This document shows positions 26,860-37,416 of a DNA stretch of 64,000 bases, in pieces. The translations under genes were made by a program, and so were the position numbers. Below the pieces are notes generated by a model. The model ran no database searches. It was given only the letters and a program-made list of their open reading frames with translations, and was not told the DNA's origin. Position 1 is the stretch's first letter. Each line of letters begins with the position of its first letter. This DNA is from Candidatus Obscuribacterales bacterium (lineage in GTDB: Bacteria > Cyanobacteriota > Vampirovibrionia > Obscuribacterales > Obscuribacteraceae), in contig CBDDIJ010000005.1 of NCBI GenBank assembly GCA_965228855.1, positions 1,248,001 through 1,312,000 on the forward strand, given 5' to 3'.

Positions 26860-27993
26860 ATGGATAACGATCAAGACCAATTTGGTTTTGGAATTGAAAC
26901 AGAACATCTGCTGCTGGATAGCGCAACATTTAAACCGTTGTTTTATGAGGACCTCAACTTCGAGCGGCTTCTGGAGCTAGTTGACGCAATTCCAGTCGCT
27001 GATTTTTCTACCGACGGATTCAACGTAAAGCCACTTCACAAAATTGCAAATCCATATTTGATAGAAGGCTATTATTTAACCGATGCAAATATGAGACCGC
27101 AGGCGCTTTTGCCCAAAGGCATAGAAATCCGTACCCCGATTGCATCTACAATCGGTGCTACTATCTCCAACTTGAGAGAAATTACGGATCGACTGAGAAT
27201 CTACGCGGCGACTGCAGGATACTCTTTAGCCACGCTCTCACATCATCCGACCGAATTCAACTTTCACGCCGCTCCTAACTACCGCCGTCATGACTACTGG
27301 CAGTGGGCACTCACAGCCATGACCACGTACGGCCCGGACATGAACATAAGTGTGCCTGAATCAATGCGCGACGATATCGATCGCGAATCACTCGGTCAGA
27401 AAATAAACTACTACCTACCGTCTGTGGTGGCACTGTCTTTCAACTCGCCCCTTGTAAATGGCTCCCTCTGGCAAGTTGATGGCAAAAACGGCAAGTCCTT
27501 CCGCACCTTCAAGCGCTCTCTCTGGGCACCCTTGTATTACATTCATACAGAACCGTCGCTACGCTTCGAGTTTAAAGGATTCGAAATGGCAGGCGACATG
27601 AGAGACTATCAGGCTTACTTCCTATGCGGTTTAAGCATGCTGCTCGACAACTCCTTGACTGGACGTGAGTCGGATGAAGTACGGTTGAAACGTTTGCAGA
27701 ACCTCGCAATTCACGGGCTCCAATCCAGCGATGACAAAGAACGCGCTGGTGCTGTAATCGAGAGTGCGGAAAAAATTGCATACTGGTTCGACATTGACGC
27801 AAGCAGTTTGAGGATACTACGGACCCGATTAGAGAATGGAAGTTGTCCCTCTGACCGCATCATACAGACATTTTTAGAAACCAACAGCATTGAGGAAACT
27901 CTCAAAACCCTCTTAGTTCAACCGATTCATTCCGACCTGACTGCGTCGACAATGAACCTCAATCAACTGCCGGCACACTCCGCACGAGTTTGA
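26860..27993 (+). CDS. Glutamate--cysteine ligase family 2 (GCS2)-like carboxylate-amine ligase
   Basis: FGIETEHLL, KGIEIRTP, TYGPDMNIS, ALSFNSP, RFEFKGFE. Confidence 0.75.
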   Translation: MDNDQDQFGFGIETEHLLLDSATFKPLFYEDLNFERLLELVDAIPVADFSTDGFNVKPLHKIANPYLIEGYYLTDANMRPQALLPKGIEIRTPIASTIGATISNLREITDRLRIYAATAGYSLATLSHHPTEFNFHAAPNYRRHDYWQWALTAMTTYGPDMNISVPESMRDDIDRESLGQKINYYLPSVVALSFNSPLVNGSLWQVDGKNGKSFRTFKRSLWAPLYYIHTEPSLRFEFKGFEMAGDMRDYQAYFLCGLSMLLDNSLTGRESDEVRLKRLQNLAIHGLQSSDDKERAGAVIESAEKIAYWFDIDASSLRILRTRLENGSCPSDRIIQTFLETNSIEETLKTLLVQPIHSDLTASTMNLNQLPAHSARV

Positions 27994-28003
27994 GGCGGAC
28001 AAA

Positions 28004-29395
28004 GTGCAAAGTCATATTCTCCTGAACAACCGACGAATGCTTTCTAAGGCAATAAGTTCGTTTTCAAACGGCTCCTGCAATCTTCTTCTCCTCTGTATTG
28101 CTAAGACAATCAGAACGATGGGCTTCGGCGCCATATCTATTGTATTGGCGCTCTTTCTTCTCAACAGAGGCTTTTCCAACACCGAAGTGGGCTTGCTGCT
28201 ATCCGCCACGCTGCTCGAAGACGCGTTAATTACAACACTTGCAGCATCCGTAGCAAATCGAATAGGCGTGCGCAAAGTCTTGTTAATCGCATGCGCGGTC
28301 ATCGTATGTGGTGGCATTGTTCTCGCGACAGCCGAGGCAAAATGGATACTCATTCTGGCGGTCACCTGCGGAATTGTCAGCCCCGCCGGCTATGAAGGAG
28401 GTCCCTTCGCACCTCTTGAGCAAACAATCATTTCAAATTCGACAAAAACTCAAAAACTTACAGCTGCATACTCGTGGTATAACATGGTAGGGTTTGCCGG
28501 AGCGGCACTCGGCGCTTTACTTGCCGGGATCTGCGTGGCGGCTATGAAATTTGCACCGCCGGTAGTTGCATACCAGACTATATTTTATTCATACTCGATA
28601 GGTGGATTGGTTCTTGGTCTGATCTATGCGCTGGTTAATTTAAAACCGGCTGAAACTGCTAAGCAGACAGAAGAAGAAAACATTCGGCAGACAGCAGGTC
28701 AGGAGCAGGTAGAAGACCAGCGGCGTTCAGTGTCATTCGAGACTTCCAGCCGGAAGCACATCTGGCAACTGGCGGGGCTCCAGAGTGTTGATGCATTCGG
28801 CGGCGGTTTCGTCGTGCAGTCCCTGCTAACGCTATGGTTCTATCAACGCTACCACGTCGATGCAACCTTCATCGGTCCCGTTTACTTCTGGTGCAACATC
28901 ATCGCAGCCCTATCATTTCTATTTGCACCACTGGTAGTGCGGCGGGTCGGTCTGCTCAACACGATGGTGTTTACACATCTGCCTTGCAGTCTGGCGCTTT
29001 GCCTCATGCCCTTCCTTCCGTCAGCGGCTTGGGCTGCAGGACTTTTACTGCTGCGCAGCGGTTTCTCCTCAATGGATATTCCTGTTCGACAAGCGTATAC
29101 AATGCTAATCGTTCCGGAAAAGGACCGTGCGTTTGCAGCCGGACTGACTACATCATCACGAGCCATCGCCCAGGGCATTGCTCCGACGATAACAGGAGCA
29201 TTGATGCAGAATGTAATGTCCGGTGCACCGCTCATTTTTGCAGGCGCGCTCAAGAGCGTATATGACCTTAGCCTCTATTTCTGTTTCAAGCATGTACCGA
29301 TGCACTCGGAAAACGCAAACCGCGAATCAAACAGTTCAGCATGCCTGAGAGAAACGGGAAAGACTGCTGACGAGGCGGTGACGAGTGGTCGTTGA
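28004..29395 (+). CDS. MFS transporter
   Basis: Multiple TMs; EGGPFAPLEQ, DAFGGGF, TMVFTHLP, SMDIPVRQAY. Confidence 0.88.
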   Translation: MQSHILLNNRRMLSKAISSFSNGSCNLLLLCIAKTIRTMGFGAISIVLALFLLNRGFSNTEVGLLLSATLLEDALITTLAASVANRIGVRKVLLIACAVIVCGGIVLATAEAKWILILAVTCGIVSPAGYEGGPFAPLEQTIISNSTKTQKLTAAYSWYNMVGFAGAALGALLAGICVAAMKFAPPVVAYQTIFYSYSIGGLVLGLIYALVNLKPAETAKQTEEENIRQTAGQEQVEDQRRSVSFETSSRKHIWQLAGLQSVDAFGGGFVVQSLLTLWFYQRYHVDATFIGPVYFWCNIIAALSFLFAPLVVRRVGLLNTMVFTHLPCSLALCLMPFLPSAAWAAGLLLLRSGFSSMDIPVRQAYTMLIVPEKDRAFAAGLTTSSRAIAQGIAPTITGALMQNVMSGAPLIFAGALKSVYDLSLYFCFKHVPMHSENANRESNSSACLRETGKTADEAVTSGR

Positions 29396-30629
29396 ACCGC
29401 AGCTGGTCGAAACAATGGAAGACAGGAGAACGCAATCGGAGTGGACGCGACTTTTACGCTCGCCGATGCAATCGCGACTGAGAGAAATTTGCTTCTTTGT
29501 ACACAGGTGGGTGGGTGCAGTACTCGCCCTCTACATGCTCGTTATTAGTTTGTCCGGAGTCTCCCTGGTCTTCCACGATGAATTGAGCGAATGGGCCTGC
29601 CCATCGCCTGCCGTTAAGGTTCTATCAACAAAGATTAGCTTCGCTAAAATCATCGAGAGCTCAGAAGCAGCTTATCCCGGTTACAAGGTTACGGGACTGA
29701 TAGTACCAGACGAAGAGTCGCAGCCAACCGATGTCTTCGCTCTTAAAGGCGACAATGAAAGAATTAACTGCCAGGTCGATCCTTACTCGGGCACAGTTCT
29801 CGGTTTAAAAAGCAAGAATGCGTTTCTCGAAACACTGCGCGATCTACATTTCAATCTGTTCGCCGGAAAGACAGGTCGCATGGTCAACGGCGCAGGTGGA
29901 TTGTTGCTTGCAGTGCTCTCGCTCACAGGCGTCGTCGTCTGGTGGCGAGGCGTCGCAAAATGGCTCAACGGATTCAAGATGTCCTTTCGAGGAAGCATGA
30001 AGCGCGTCAACTGGAGCATTCATAGCGCGCTCGGTATCTGGGCTTTACCGTTTCTCATGCTGCAGGCGACCAGTGCCTTCTATTTCGGATTTCCAAATTT
30101 CTTCGAACAAAATTTGAATGCAATTGCGCCTGTTTCCAACCAGAAGAAAATGAAGGAACCAACAACCAGCGAGCTTACAAGCGCGGGAATCAGCTCCGAG
30201 CCCAGTTACTCTGGCCCGAGAAGATCGGAACCTGATATAGACAAACTCATTTCAATAGCTCGGCAAAAGGCTGGTTTCAACTCGGCCGTGTTCCGCATCG
30301 CATTTCCGGACAAACGCAGAAACTCAGTTCGCATCTGGTTGAAAAATTCTGCAGAAACAAATGAGAACGCACCGACCACGCAGGTTTTCATGGAGCCAAA
30401 GTCCGGTCAAGTGCTGGCGGTTTCAACAGCTGAAGCGCCTCCTGCCGGCGATCAAATTATCACGTGGTTGATCAAACTGCACTTCGGCACCTTCGCTGGC
30501 ACAACCTCCAAATGCGCATGGATATTCGTAGGTCTGACGCCGGCAATCTTATCGCTTACCGGACTTTTTCTCTTTGCTCACGGTATCGCAGCCCGGAGAG
30601 AGAGAAAATCCCAGTCTCGTGGACTATAA
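29385..30629 (+). CDS. PepSY-associated TM helix domain protein
   Basis: VHRWVG, SGVSLVFHDEL, VDPYSGTVLG, DLHFNL, IHSALGIW, KLHFGTFAG. Confidence 0.88.
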   Translation: MVVEPQLVETMEDRRTQSEWTRLLRSPMQSRLREICFFVHRWVGAVLALYMLVISLSGVSLVFHDELSEWACPSPAVKVLSTKISFAKIIESSEAAYPGYKVTGLIVPDEESQPTDVFALKGDNERINCQVDPYSGTVLGLKSKNAFLETLRDLHFNLFAGKTGRMVNGAGGLLLAVLSLTGVVVWWRGVAKWLNGFKMSFRGSMKRVNWSIHSALGIWALPFLMLQATSAFYFGFPNFFEQNLNAIAPVSNQKKMKEPTTSELTSAGISSEPSYSGPRRSEPDIDKLISIARQKAGFNSAVFRIAFPDKRRNSVRIWLKNSAETNENAPTTQVFMEPKSGQVLAVSTAEAPPAGDQIITWLIKLHFGTFAGTTSKCAWIFVGLTPAILSLTGLFLFAHGIAARRERKSQSRGL

Positions 30630-30737
30630 AATCTCAAGACCGGCGAGCCCGGAAATCCTCCACCAAGCTTGCAAGGATTGGTTTGCCCGTTTCGAATTCA
30701 TGCGACAATATGCCTTTCCTAACCTCGGGCAGGCTCC

Positions 30738-31934
30738 ATGAATCCGCGCCGACAATCCACTGTGAAACTTACAACACTCGTTAGTCTAACCGCGATCGGC
30801 ATTTCGCTGACTTCGTGCACATCCGGATCGTCAGACGATGCCTGGCTCTCGCACCAGAACGCAGGGCGCGCAGCACTATCCAAGAATGACTTTCCAAAAG
30901 CAGAATCCGAGTTCAAAGAAACGATCGATTTGCTTAATGGTGCTAAGGACCATTCCTTAGAAAAAGCTGTCACTCTCGGTATGCTTGGTACTGTATACAA
31001 CCAGACTGGACGGCTGAAAGAGGCTGAACAAACGCAAAAGCAATCGCTGGAAATGTACGAAACCAGTTCGCAGGCGACCAAAGCGCAGCTAGCCTCGGCA
31101 TACAACAACCTTTCGAACGTTTACTACAGCCTGGGACGATATGAATATGCCTCCGAACTCAATCAGAAGGCTCTCAAGCTAACTGAAGAGGCAGACGGGA
31201 GCGATTCTCTTGCGATGGCGACAACCCTCAACAATGAAGGTCTCGTCCAAATGCAATTAGGGAAATCAGAGACGGCAAAGGAGCTTTTTGAAAAGGCGCT
31301 ATCCATTTGCGAGAAGCATGCAGGCGACCCAGGCTTCAAAAACGAGATGATAAAGAGCTTGATTAACCTTGCACAATATTGGTCTGCCAGGGATGCCGAC
31401 AAGTCGATCCCACTCTGCGAAAAAGCAATCAAGATTGCAGAAGGACTCTATGCCGAAAATCATATCGAGTTGGCCGACGCTCTGAGAATTCAAGGCGTCG
31501 CGTATACGAAAGGAAAGCAATTCGACAACGCAACGACTTCGTTCAAACGCGCAAAGTCAATCTACGATGATAAGCTTGGCGAACATAGTGTTAGCGCAGC
31601 ATACTGCTTGATGGGACTGAGCACGTTGTACTTGAAACAGCAGCAGTATGATAAAGCGCAGCCACTGGCCGAGCAGGCCGTAAAGATCTTTGACACATCA
31701 GAGGTTGGCGACGTGGAGTCGACGGTAAACGCGATGTGTATCCTGGCCGAAGCGAACATGAAGCAAGGCAATACTTCAGAAGCGAAGAAACTTCTGGCTC
31801 GCTGCAAAGTAACACTCGATGAAGCGCCGAGTGTGAGTACTGAATACAAGAAGAACTTTCTCAAAGGCTACGCAAAGCGACTGCGAGAGATGTCTGATGC
31901 TAAAGAGGCTGAGCACATCGAGTCCTTGATATAG
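30738..31934 (+). CDS. TPR-repeat lipoprotein
   Basis: Lipobox LTS-C after a hydrophobic stretch; repeated long TPR units (LASAYNNLS..Y, TTLNNEG). Confidence 0.85.
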   Translation: MNPRRQSTVKLTTLVSLTAIGISLTSCTSGSSDDAWLSHQNAGRAALSKNDFPKAESEFKETIDLLNGAKDHSLEKAVTLGMLGTVYNQTGRLKEAEQTQKQSLEMYETSSQATKAQLASAYNNLSNVYYSLGRYEYASELNQKALKLTEEADGSDSLAMATTLNNEGLVQMQLGKSETAKELFEKALSICEKHAGDPGFKNEMIKSLINLAQYWSARDADKSIPLCEKAIKIAEGLYAENHIELADALRIQGVAYTKGKQFDNATTSFKRAKSIYDDKLGEHSVSAAYCLMGLSTLYLKQQQYDKAQPLAEQAVKIFDTSEVGDVESTVNAMCILAEANMKQGNTSEAKKLLARCKVTLDEAPSVSTEYKKNFLKGYAKRLREMSDAKEAEHIESLI

Positions 31935-32041
31935 CACTCTTCTACTTTCGATCGTCCAGAATCAAAAATCGTTCGGCACCAGATACGGTATCGAACGAAA
32001 TTTGAATCTATTATAAGTTGCGAAGCTCCAGGCAGGCAAGC

Positions 32042-32359
32042 TTAGACGGCTTCAGCAACTGAGGCAGGAAACTTTGACGCATCGAATCCGAACGATGCCC
32101 AGACCGACGCGTTCGGTCCATCTTGAAACTCGACAACGTGGCTCTCATCTTCTTCTGTCGGCAGAGGGATGCCGATAGTTTTAAAAAGCTCGACGACCTT
32201 TTCTTCGCTCAATCTTACAGAGCTTGCACCGACCTGAGAGTTGTAGACCACCGCTCTGCAATCCCACAGTTCGCCGGCTCGCGTAATTTGAACAAGGCCA
32301 CGAAGCCTTGGTCGCTCAATTACAGCCTCTACTTCTTTGTTCACCAATGTCAGTGGCAT
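32042..32359 (-). CDS. Small hypothetical protein
   Basis: ATG at 32359 (MPLTLVNKE) preceded by GAGGAG. Confidence 0.6.
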   Translation of the reverse strand: MPLTLVNKEVEAVIERPRLRGLVQITRAGELWDCRAVVYNSQVGASSVRLSEEKVVELFKTIGIPLPTEEDESHVVEFQDGPNASVWASFGFDASKFPASVAEAV

Positions 32360-32623
32360 CTGTTTATCTCTCCTCAGCCAGTGGCACTCTCCGTGACCAT
32401 GACTATGTGTTTCCCGGAAGCGGATATAGTAAGACAACTTCCGCAAATCCGTACCGCTCAGCAGTGCGGGCGCTTTACAATGAGTGCGCACACAACGGAT
32501 TGTATCGGTGCGTCACGACTCGAAAAGACGTCGGTAGAAAGGTTTACGAGACTGAGAGCAGCGAGCGTCAATGTAAATCTAAAGAAAGCATTCATAACTG
32601 CCTTGGGCTGCGGTTCTTACACC

Positions 32624-34060
32624 TCAGTCATCCGAAACACGTTGCACAGCTAATTGAGGTTGCATCACTCGTGCATCAGCAATAAGGCGCTCGTCGGTCA
32701 TCGCACGGCGATGCTCTATCCAGCGGAGCGGAACGTACAGGGCGAGCCCGGCTAACCAACCTTGGAAAGAACAGAGACCGACATGCAAGGGCTCCAGCGC
32801 TGGGATAATTCCGGCAGTGGCAATCCCGACGCAACTACCGAACGCCAGCGCTGCAAGAGCGGGGACTCGCATGGTTGGCAGATATTCATCACTTTCGATG
32901 ATATGCAAATCCATTGGAATATTCAGAAGTTTTCTGACAATAAAATATTCAGAGACCAGTATGACTGTTGGCATAGCCATCACCACACAGTTGAGCGACG
33001 CTACTTTCTCCAACGCCTGAGCGCCTCCACAACTCGATAGCACACCGGCGACGACGGCACCACATACGGTGAGGATCCCAACAGACAGTTTATGAGGAAG
33101 TTTAGACAGCTGCGACAAGGCGCTACTCGAGCCGTACAGATTCGAATCATTAGCGGCGAAATAAGATGCAGTTAAAACAAGCGCACCGATCAACGCGACG
33201 CCGCCGAAAGAGAAATTGTTCATGAATGCCACGGCAGCTCCATTTTCGGTGATGCCGGTCATTCGTGCAACCAACCAGCCGGTTGTAGGGAAGATGATGA
33301 CGCCAATCAAGAGAGCGACAGACATCGGAATACCGGAGCTACTCAACTTCGCCTTTCCGTGTCGCCAGTAGTCCGCTTCATTTCCCCAGACACAAATGCC
33401 GATCACAAAGTTTGTGATAATCGTCAAAGCGAGAGGAAAACTGCAAGTCCCGCTTTCAGAAATTACGGCAGGATTGGTCGCCGCCACCGTTTTAACCAAC
33501 GTGTATAACACCCACGCGATAAGCATGGGGGCTGCAAAATATCTGGCAAAATTCGCGACGCCCTTGAATCCCCAGAAATTATTCAATGCCATGAGCACGG
33601 CAAAGACCGGGGCGAGAACGGCGAGCGGCAGATCGATGTGAAATAGACCTTCGAGACCCTCAGCCATAAACAGAGCCGTCAATCCGTACCAGGCAATGAA
33701 CATCCAGATGAGATTGAAGGAGACAATAGCAGTTCCCGCTTTTCCAAAGACGCTTTTGATAAGCGAACAATAGCTGCGTCCGCTGACAGCACCGATATGC
33801 GCGGACGGAAGCGCGTAAACCATCATTAGAGCGCTACCGACGATGGTGCCGATCACCACTTGCGCTAAAGAGAGTCCACTTTTGTACCAGGAGAAACCGA
33901 TCAGAACACACGGAAAAACCGTGACCATGGTGACCCACAAAAGTCCCATCGTGACAGCAGAGCGTCTCTGACTCAATGGCGTTATCGTGTCAGCAATACC
34001 GTGTCCACAGTCTTGTATACTCACGAGCGCCTTCCTCGAGATAGTGTATTTCGCATACAA
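32624..34060 (-). CDS. Purine/cytosine permease family (NCS1, CodB-like) transporter
   Basis: About 12 TMs; SVFGKAG, AWYG, GNEADYWRH, NDSNLYGS. Confidence 0.8.
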   Translation of the reverse strand: MYAKYTISRKALVSIQDCGHGIADTITPLSQRRSAVTMGLLWVTMVTVFPCVLIGFSWYKSGLSLAQVVIGTIVGSALMMVYALPSAHIGAVSGRSYCSLIKSVFGKAGTAIVSFNLIWMFIAWYGLTALFMAEGLEGLFHIDLPLAVLAPVFAVLMALNNFWGFKGVANFARYFAAPMLIAWVLYTLVKTVAATNPAVISESGTCSFPLALTIITNFVIGICVWGNEADYWRHGKAKLSSSGIPMSVALLIGVIIFPTTGWLVARMTGITENGAAVAFMNNFSFGGVALIGALVLTASYFAANDSNLYGSSSALSQLSKLPHKLSVGILTVCGAVVAGVLSSCGGAQALEKVASLNCVVMAMPTVILVSEYFIVRKLLNIPMDLHIIESDEYLPTMRVPALAALAFGSCVGIATAGIIPALEPLHVGLCSFQGWLAGLALYVPLRWIEHRRAMTDERLIADARVMQPQLAVQRVSDD

Positions 34061-34190
34061 CTATAGTTTTCAGAATGAAACCTGTCTCGAAGAGGAGGGG
34101 GTTATTACGAGGCGGAATTTACGTACCTGCGGCGTTCTTGACGATTACCCGTCGAGCGAGAGAGTTTCAAAACGACTCGGGCCAAACATC

Positions 34191-35039
34191 TTAAAGACTG
34201 AGAGATAGCGGCTTCAAATCATTATGCTTCGCATCAGCACCTGCCTTTATAGCAGCCATCACTTCATGCGCATCAAACACGTATGACTGAACGTTTGCCG
34301 CCTGCAGCAGGCAGTCATTGATGTGATGTTCGTTTGCGTAGTTGATACACTCCTTCGAAGAAGACACTACCAATGGTGGCTTGCCTGCTATCTTTCCGGC
34401 GACCTCTAGCGCGCGTTCGATGAGCGCGTCATGCGTGGGAAGAACAGCGTTTACAAATCCAAGTTTCTCTGCCCGATCAGCCGTCAATCGGTCGCCCGTG
34501 AAGGCAAGTTCCCGCACGATTCCATCCGGTAGCTTCCGAGGCAAGCGTTGCAACGTGCCCAGATCCGCCATAATGCCGATGTTGACTTCTTGAATACAGA
34601 AGTAGGCATCCGCCGTCGCATAGCGTATGTCGCAAGCACTGACCAGATCCAATCCGGCACCGAGGCAGCCGCCTTGAATAGCTGCGATCACCGGTACTCG
34701 CGACGATTCCAAAACTGTCAAAGCATCTTGCAAAGACAGAATCAGATGCTTCAGATGTTCACGAGCTACAGAAGAATCTGTTTTGAACTTATCGACAGCG
34801 GCAAAAACAGCCAGGTCCATGCCGGCAGAGAAAAGTGGACCTTGAGCATCAATAACAATCGCACGTACGTCACCACCATTCGACAGTTCCTTGATTGTCT
34901 TTGGAAACTCCGACCAGAATTCGGGCAACATTGAATTGCGTTTTTCCGGTCGATTAAAAGTGATGCGAGCAATCTTTTCGTCGATCTTCAAATCAAAACA
35001 ACTGGTCATCACAGAACCTCTTGAATCGGTCGTAGCCAT
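34191..35039 (-). CDS. Enoyl-CoA hydratase/isomerase family protein
   Basis: FNRPEKRNSM, FSAGMDL, PVIAAIQGGCLGAG, ADLGTLQRLP. Confidence 0.92.
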   Translation of the reverse strand: MATTDSRGSVMTSCFDLKIDEKIARITFNRPEKRNSMLPEFWSEFPKTIKELSNGGDVRAIVIDAQGPLFSAGMDLAVFAAVDKFKTDSSVAREHLKHLILSLQDALTVLESSRVPVIAAIQGGCLGAGLDLVSACDIRYATADAYFCIQEVNIGIMADLGTLQRLPRKLPDGIVRELAFTGDRLTADRAEKLGFVNAVLPTHDALIERALEVAGKIAGKPPLVVSSSKECINYANEHHINDCLLQAANVQSYVFDAHEVMAAIKAGADAKHNDLKPLSLSL

Positions 35040-35888
35040 CTACTTCAAAGCCTCTTCTTTTACCGGGTCAAGGAAGAAATCACGCATAAGCTCGCCGTCG
35101 GGATCGCAAGCATATTTCGACAAGTCTTCAACACCTGCGGCCCGGAGCACATCAGAGTCGACAAAGAAATTACCGGTTGTGTCCGTGGCTTTTTGAGTCA
35201 AGATCCAATAGGCTGCATCAGCAACAATCTCCGGCTTGCGACACTTTTTCATCGCCTCTTCGCCGCCCAGTAAATTCAGTACGGCTGCCGTCGCAATGCC
35301 TGTTTCCGGCCAGAGTGAATTGACTGCTATACCTGATTTCTTCAACTCCGCGGACATGCCGAGTGTGCATAAACTCATATTGTATTTCGCCATCGTGTAG
35401 GCGAGATGCGGAGCGAACCATCGGGGACTCATGTTCAACGGCGGAGACATGTTCAGGATGTGTGGATTGGTGGATTTCTTGAGATGAGGAATCGCAAATT
35501 TCGAACACATGAAAGTAGCTCGACCATTCACTTGACTCATCAAATCAAAACGTTTCATTTCAGTCGCTTCAGTTGGCGTCAAACTGATTGCACTGGCGTT
35601 GTTCACCAGCGCATCAATACCGCCAAAGTGCTCTGCGGCCTGATTGATTGCCTGTTTAACTTCATCTTCATTGCGCACATCGCACTTGAGCGCAAGCGCT
35701 TTACCGCCACGCTCCTCTATCTCCTTCGCCGCCGTATGAATCGTACCTGGCAGGCGCGGATCTTGCTCAACTGTCTTTGCAAGAATGGCAACGTTAGCAC
35801 CGTCTTGTGCTGCGCGTAAAGCTACCGCAAGTCCGATGCCGCGCGAAGCGCCTGTAATAACCAGAGTTTTCCCAGCCAGTGTGCTCAT
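35040..35888 (-). CDS. Short-chain dehydrogenase (HSDL2-like)
   Basis: TGASRGIG, LVNNASAI, YTMAK, NSLWP. Confidence 0.92.
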   Translation of the reverse strand: MSTLAGKTLVITGASRGIGLAVALRAAQDGANVAILAKTVEQDPRLPGTIHTAAKEIEERGGKALALKCDVRNEDEVKQAINQAAEHFGGIDALVNNASAISLTPTEATEMKRFDLMSQVNGRATFMCSKFAIPHLKKSTNPHILNMSPPLNMSPRWFAPHLAYTMAKYNMSLCTLGMSAELKKSGIAVNSLWPETGIATAAVLNLLGGEEAMKKCRKPEIVADAAYWILTQKATDTTGNFFVDSDVLRAAGVEDLSKYACDPDGELMRDFFLDPVKEEALK

Positions 35889-35973
35889 GATTTCTCCGAT
35901 GCGTGGGGCAGCGGGCAATAATAGCGACTTTGACGTGTTTTTAAAAGGCGACTCTGTTTAAGTATCAAACAGA

Positions 35974-37359
35974 CTATTCTTTTCGGATCAAGAGCCAGTC
36001 ACCGCCACCGTTGACTTCACCTTTCCAGCTGCCTTTCAGTCGAGTCGAATCGTAGCTCAACTTGAATTCGCCATTGCCCCGGACATTGCTCCAGGTCCGA
36101 TACAAAGAAACATTCATCATGTTGGTTTGCGGATCGAAAGTTCCGCTTTGCACAATCCCTTTTCGAGCGGGATTTTCATGCCATTCGCCTTGAATCGACA
36201 CCGTCTTGCTCGCCGGATCCTGGCTGGTCATGAGGATCATCTCCCCCTGATCCGAATCCCATTTGCCATCGATTATTGTCGCCGCCTGCTCAACCCTCAG
36301 CGCGCCCTTGTCACCAATTACGGTATTACGATCGTACGGAACAAAAATGAATTCAAACCGATTATCGCGCTCATGCTCTTTCGGGACGTCGCGGCGCGCC
36401 ATCGATCTGGCATCGTCAAAATAGTCGATTTGAGTGCGAGCGGCAGGGATGTTTCCTTTACCTGTTAAGAACTCGGTGACCACAGCAGTCCGCGCTTTTG
36501 CGTGCGGATTCTTCGTGTCCTGCGTCGGACCGGGACTTTCAGAAGAATCAGTCGCGCTCGAGCCGGTGTGATGTTCCTTAGGATCGTGCGTGTCGCTGAA
36601 GACCTCAACAATGAGCTTCGCAGGTCGTTCGGCTGCAAATGTTTCAGCAACTGCTTTGAATGTATCAGAAACACTTGCGCCGTCCGCCGCAGACTCTACC
36701 TTTTTACCCTTAGGATTGGTGTCTATGAAGCATAGATCGTGATCGAGAAGCGAGATTTTCGTCGCAGAATTCAGCGCTCCAACTGCGTCAATATCGGCAC
36801 CTGGCCACTGATCGGCTGGATCAACATTACTTTGATCGGTAATTCGAACAAAGTTAAAGACAGCATTCTTTCCGCCCTTCCCAGCAATATCGATCTCCGA
36901 AGCGGTCGTCAAATCAGGACCAAGATCTATCCAACTCCTCCCGTCACGAGACACTTCAACCTTCACAGGGGAAGAGTTTTCGAGAGGCTCAAAAATGTAT
37001 AGATCCGCACCGGGCAAGTCGACGATGGCGTTATCAACGAAGCGCAGAGTGATTGAACCAGCTGCACCGAGCCCGGAAAACGTCGGAGTGCGAGCCAATC
37101 GATCTGCTTCGAAGTCTTTGAAGTTTGGCGGACCGAGAGCCGGATCGCCAGTTTCCCAGAGGTGCGGCGTCTTCTTTTTGCCGCCCTTATACTCAACCAC
37201 TTCATCAGCAAAAGCGGCAGTTCCTCCACGGAAATAAATGCGCGTGTGTTTAGCGCTATCGTAGATTCGCTGATTGAAACTTTCGCTTGCAATCGCTTCG
37301 CCAGCGGCAAGCGCCGTCACGACAGTTGCAGCGACCGCGAATGTTTTAAATGTCCCCAT
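35974..37359 (-). CDS. Secreted protein: cell-surface beta domain plus degenerate OmpA-like domain
   Basis: Signal peptide; FADEVVEY, ALGPP, GSITLRFVDN, DLYIFE, GADIDAVGA; OmpA-like remnant; C-terminal beta domain. Confidence 0.6.
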   Translation of the reverse strand: MGTFKTFAVAATVVTALAAGEAIASESFNQRIYDSAKHTRIYFRGGTAAFADEVVEYKGGKKKTPHLWETGDPALGPPNFKDFEADRLARTPTFSGLGAAGSITLRFVDNAIVDLPGADLYIFEPLENSSPVKVEVSRDGRSWIDLGPDLTTASEIDIAGKGGKNAVFNFVRITDQSNVDPADQWPGADIDAVGALNSATKISLLDHDLCFIDTNPKGKKVESAADGASVSDTFKAVAETFAAERPAKLIVEVFSDTHDPKEHHTGSSATDSSESPGPTQDTKNPHAKARTAVVTEFLTGKGNIPAARTQIDYFDDARSMARRDVPKEHERDNRFEFIFVPYDRNTVIGDKGALRVEQAATIIDGKWDSDQGEMILMTSQDPASKTVSIQGEWHENPARKGIVQSGTFDPQTNMMNVSLYRTWSNVRGNGEFKLSYDSTRLKGSWKGEVNGGGDWLLIRKE

Positions 37360-37416
37360 TGTTTTCCTCGATGTTGGCAGCGTTGATTCTTGAGCGCACA
37401 TTCCGCGCGGGATGAG

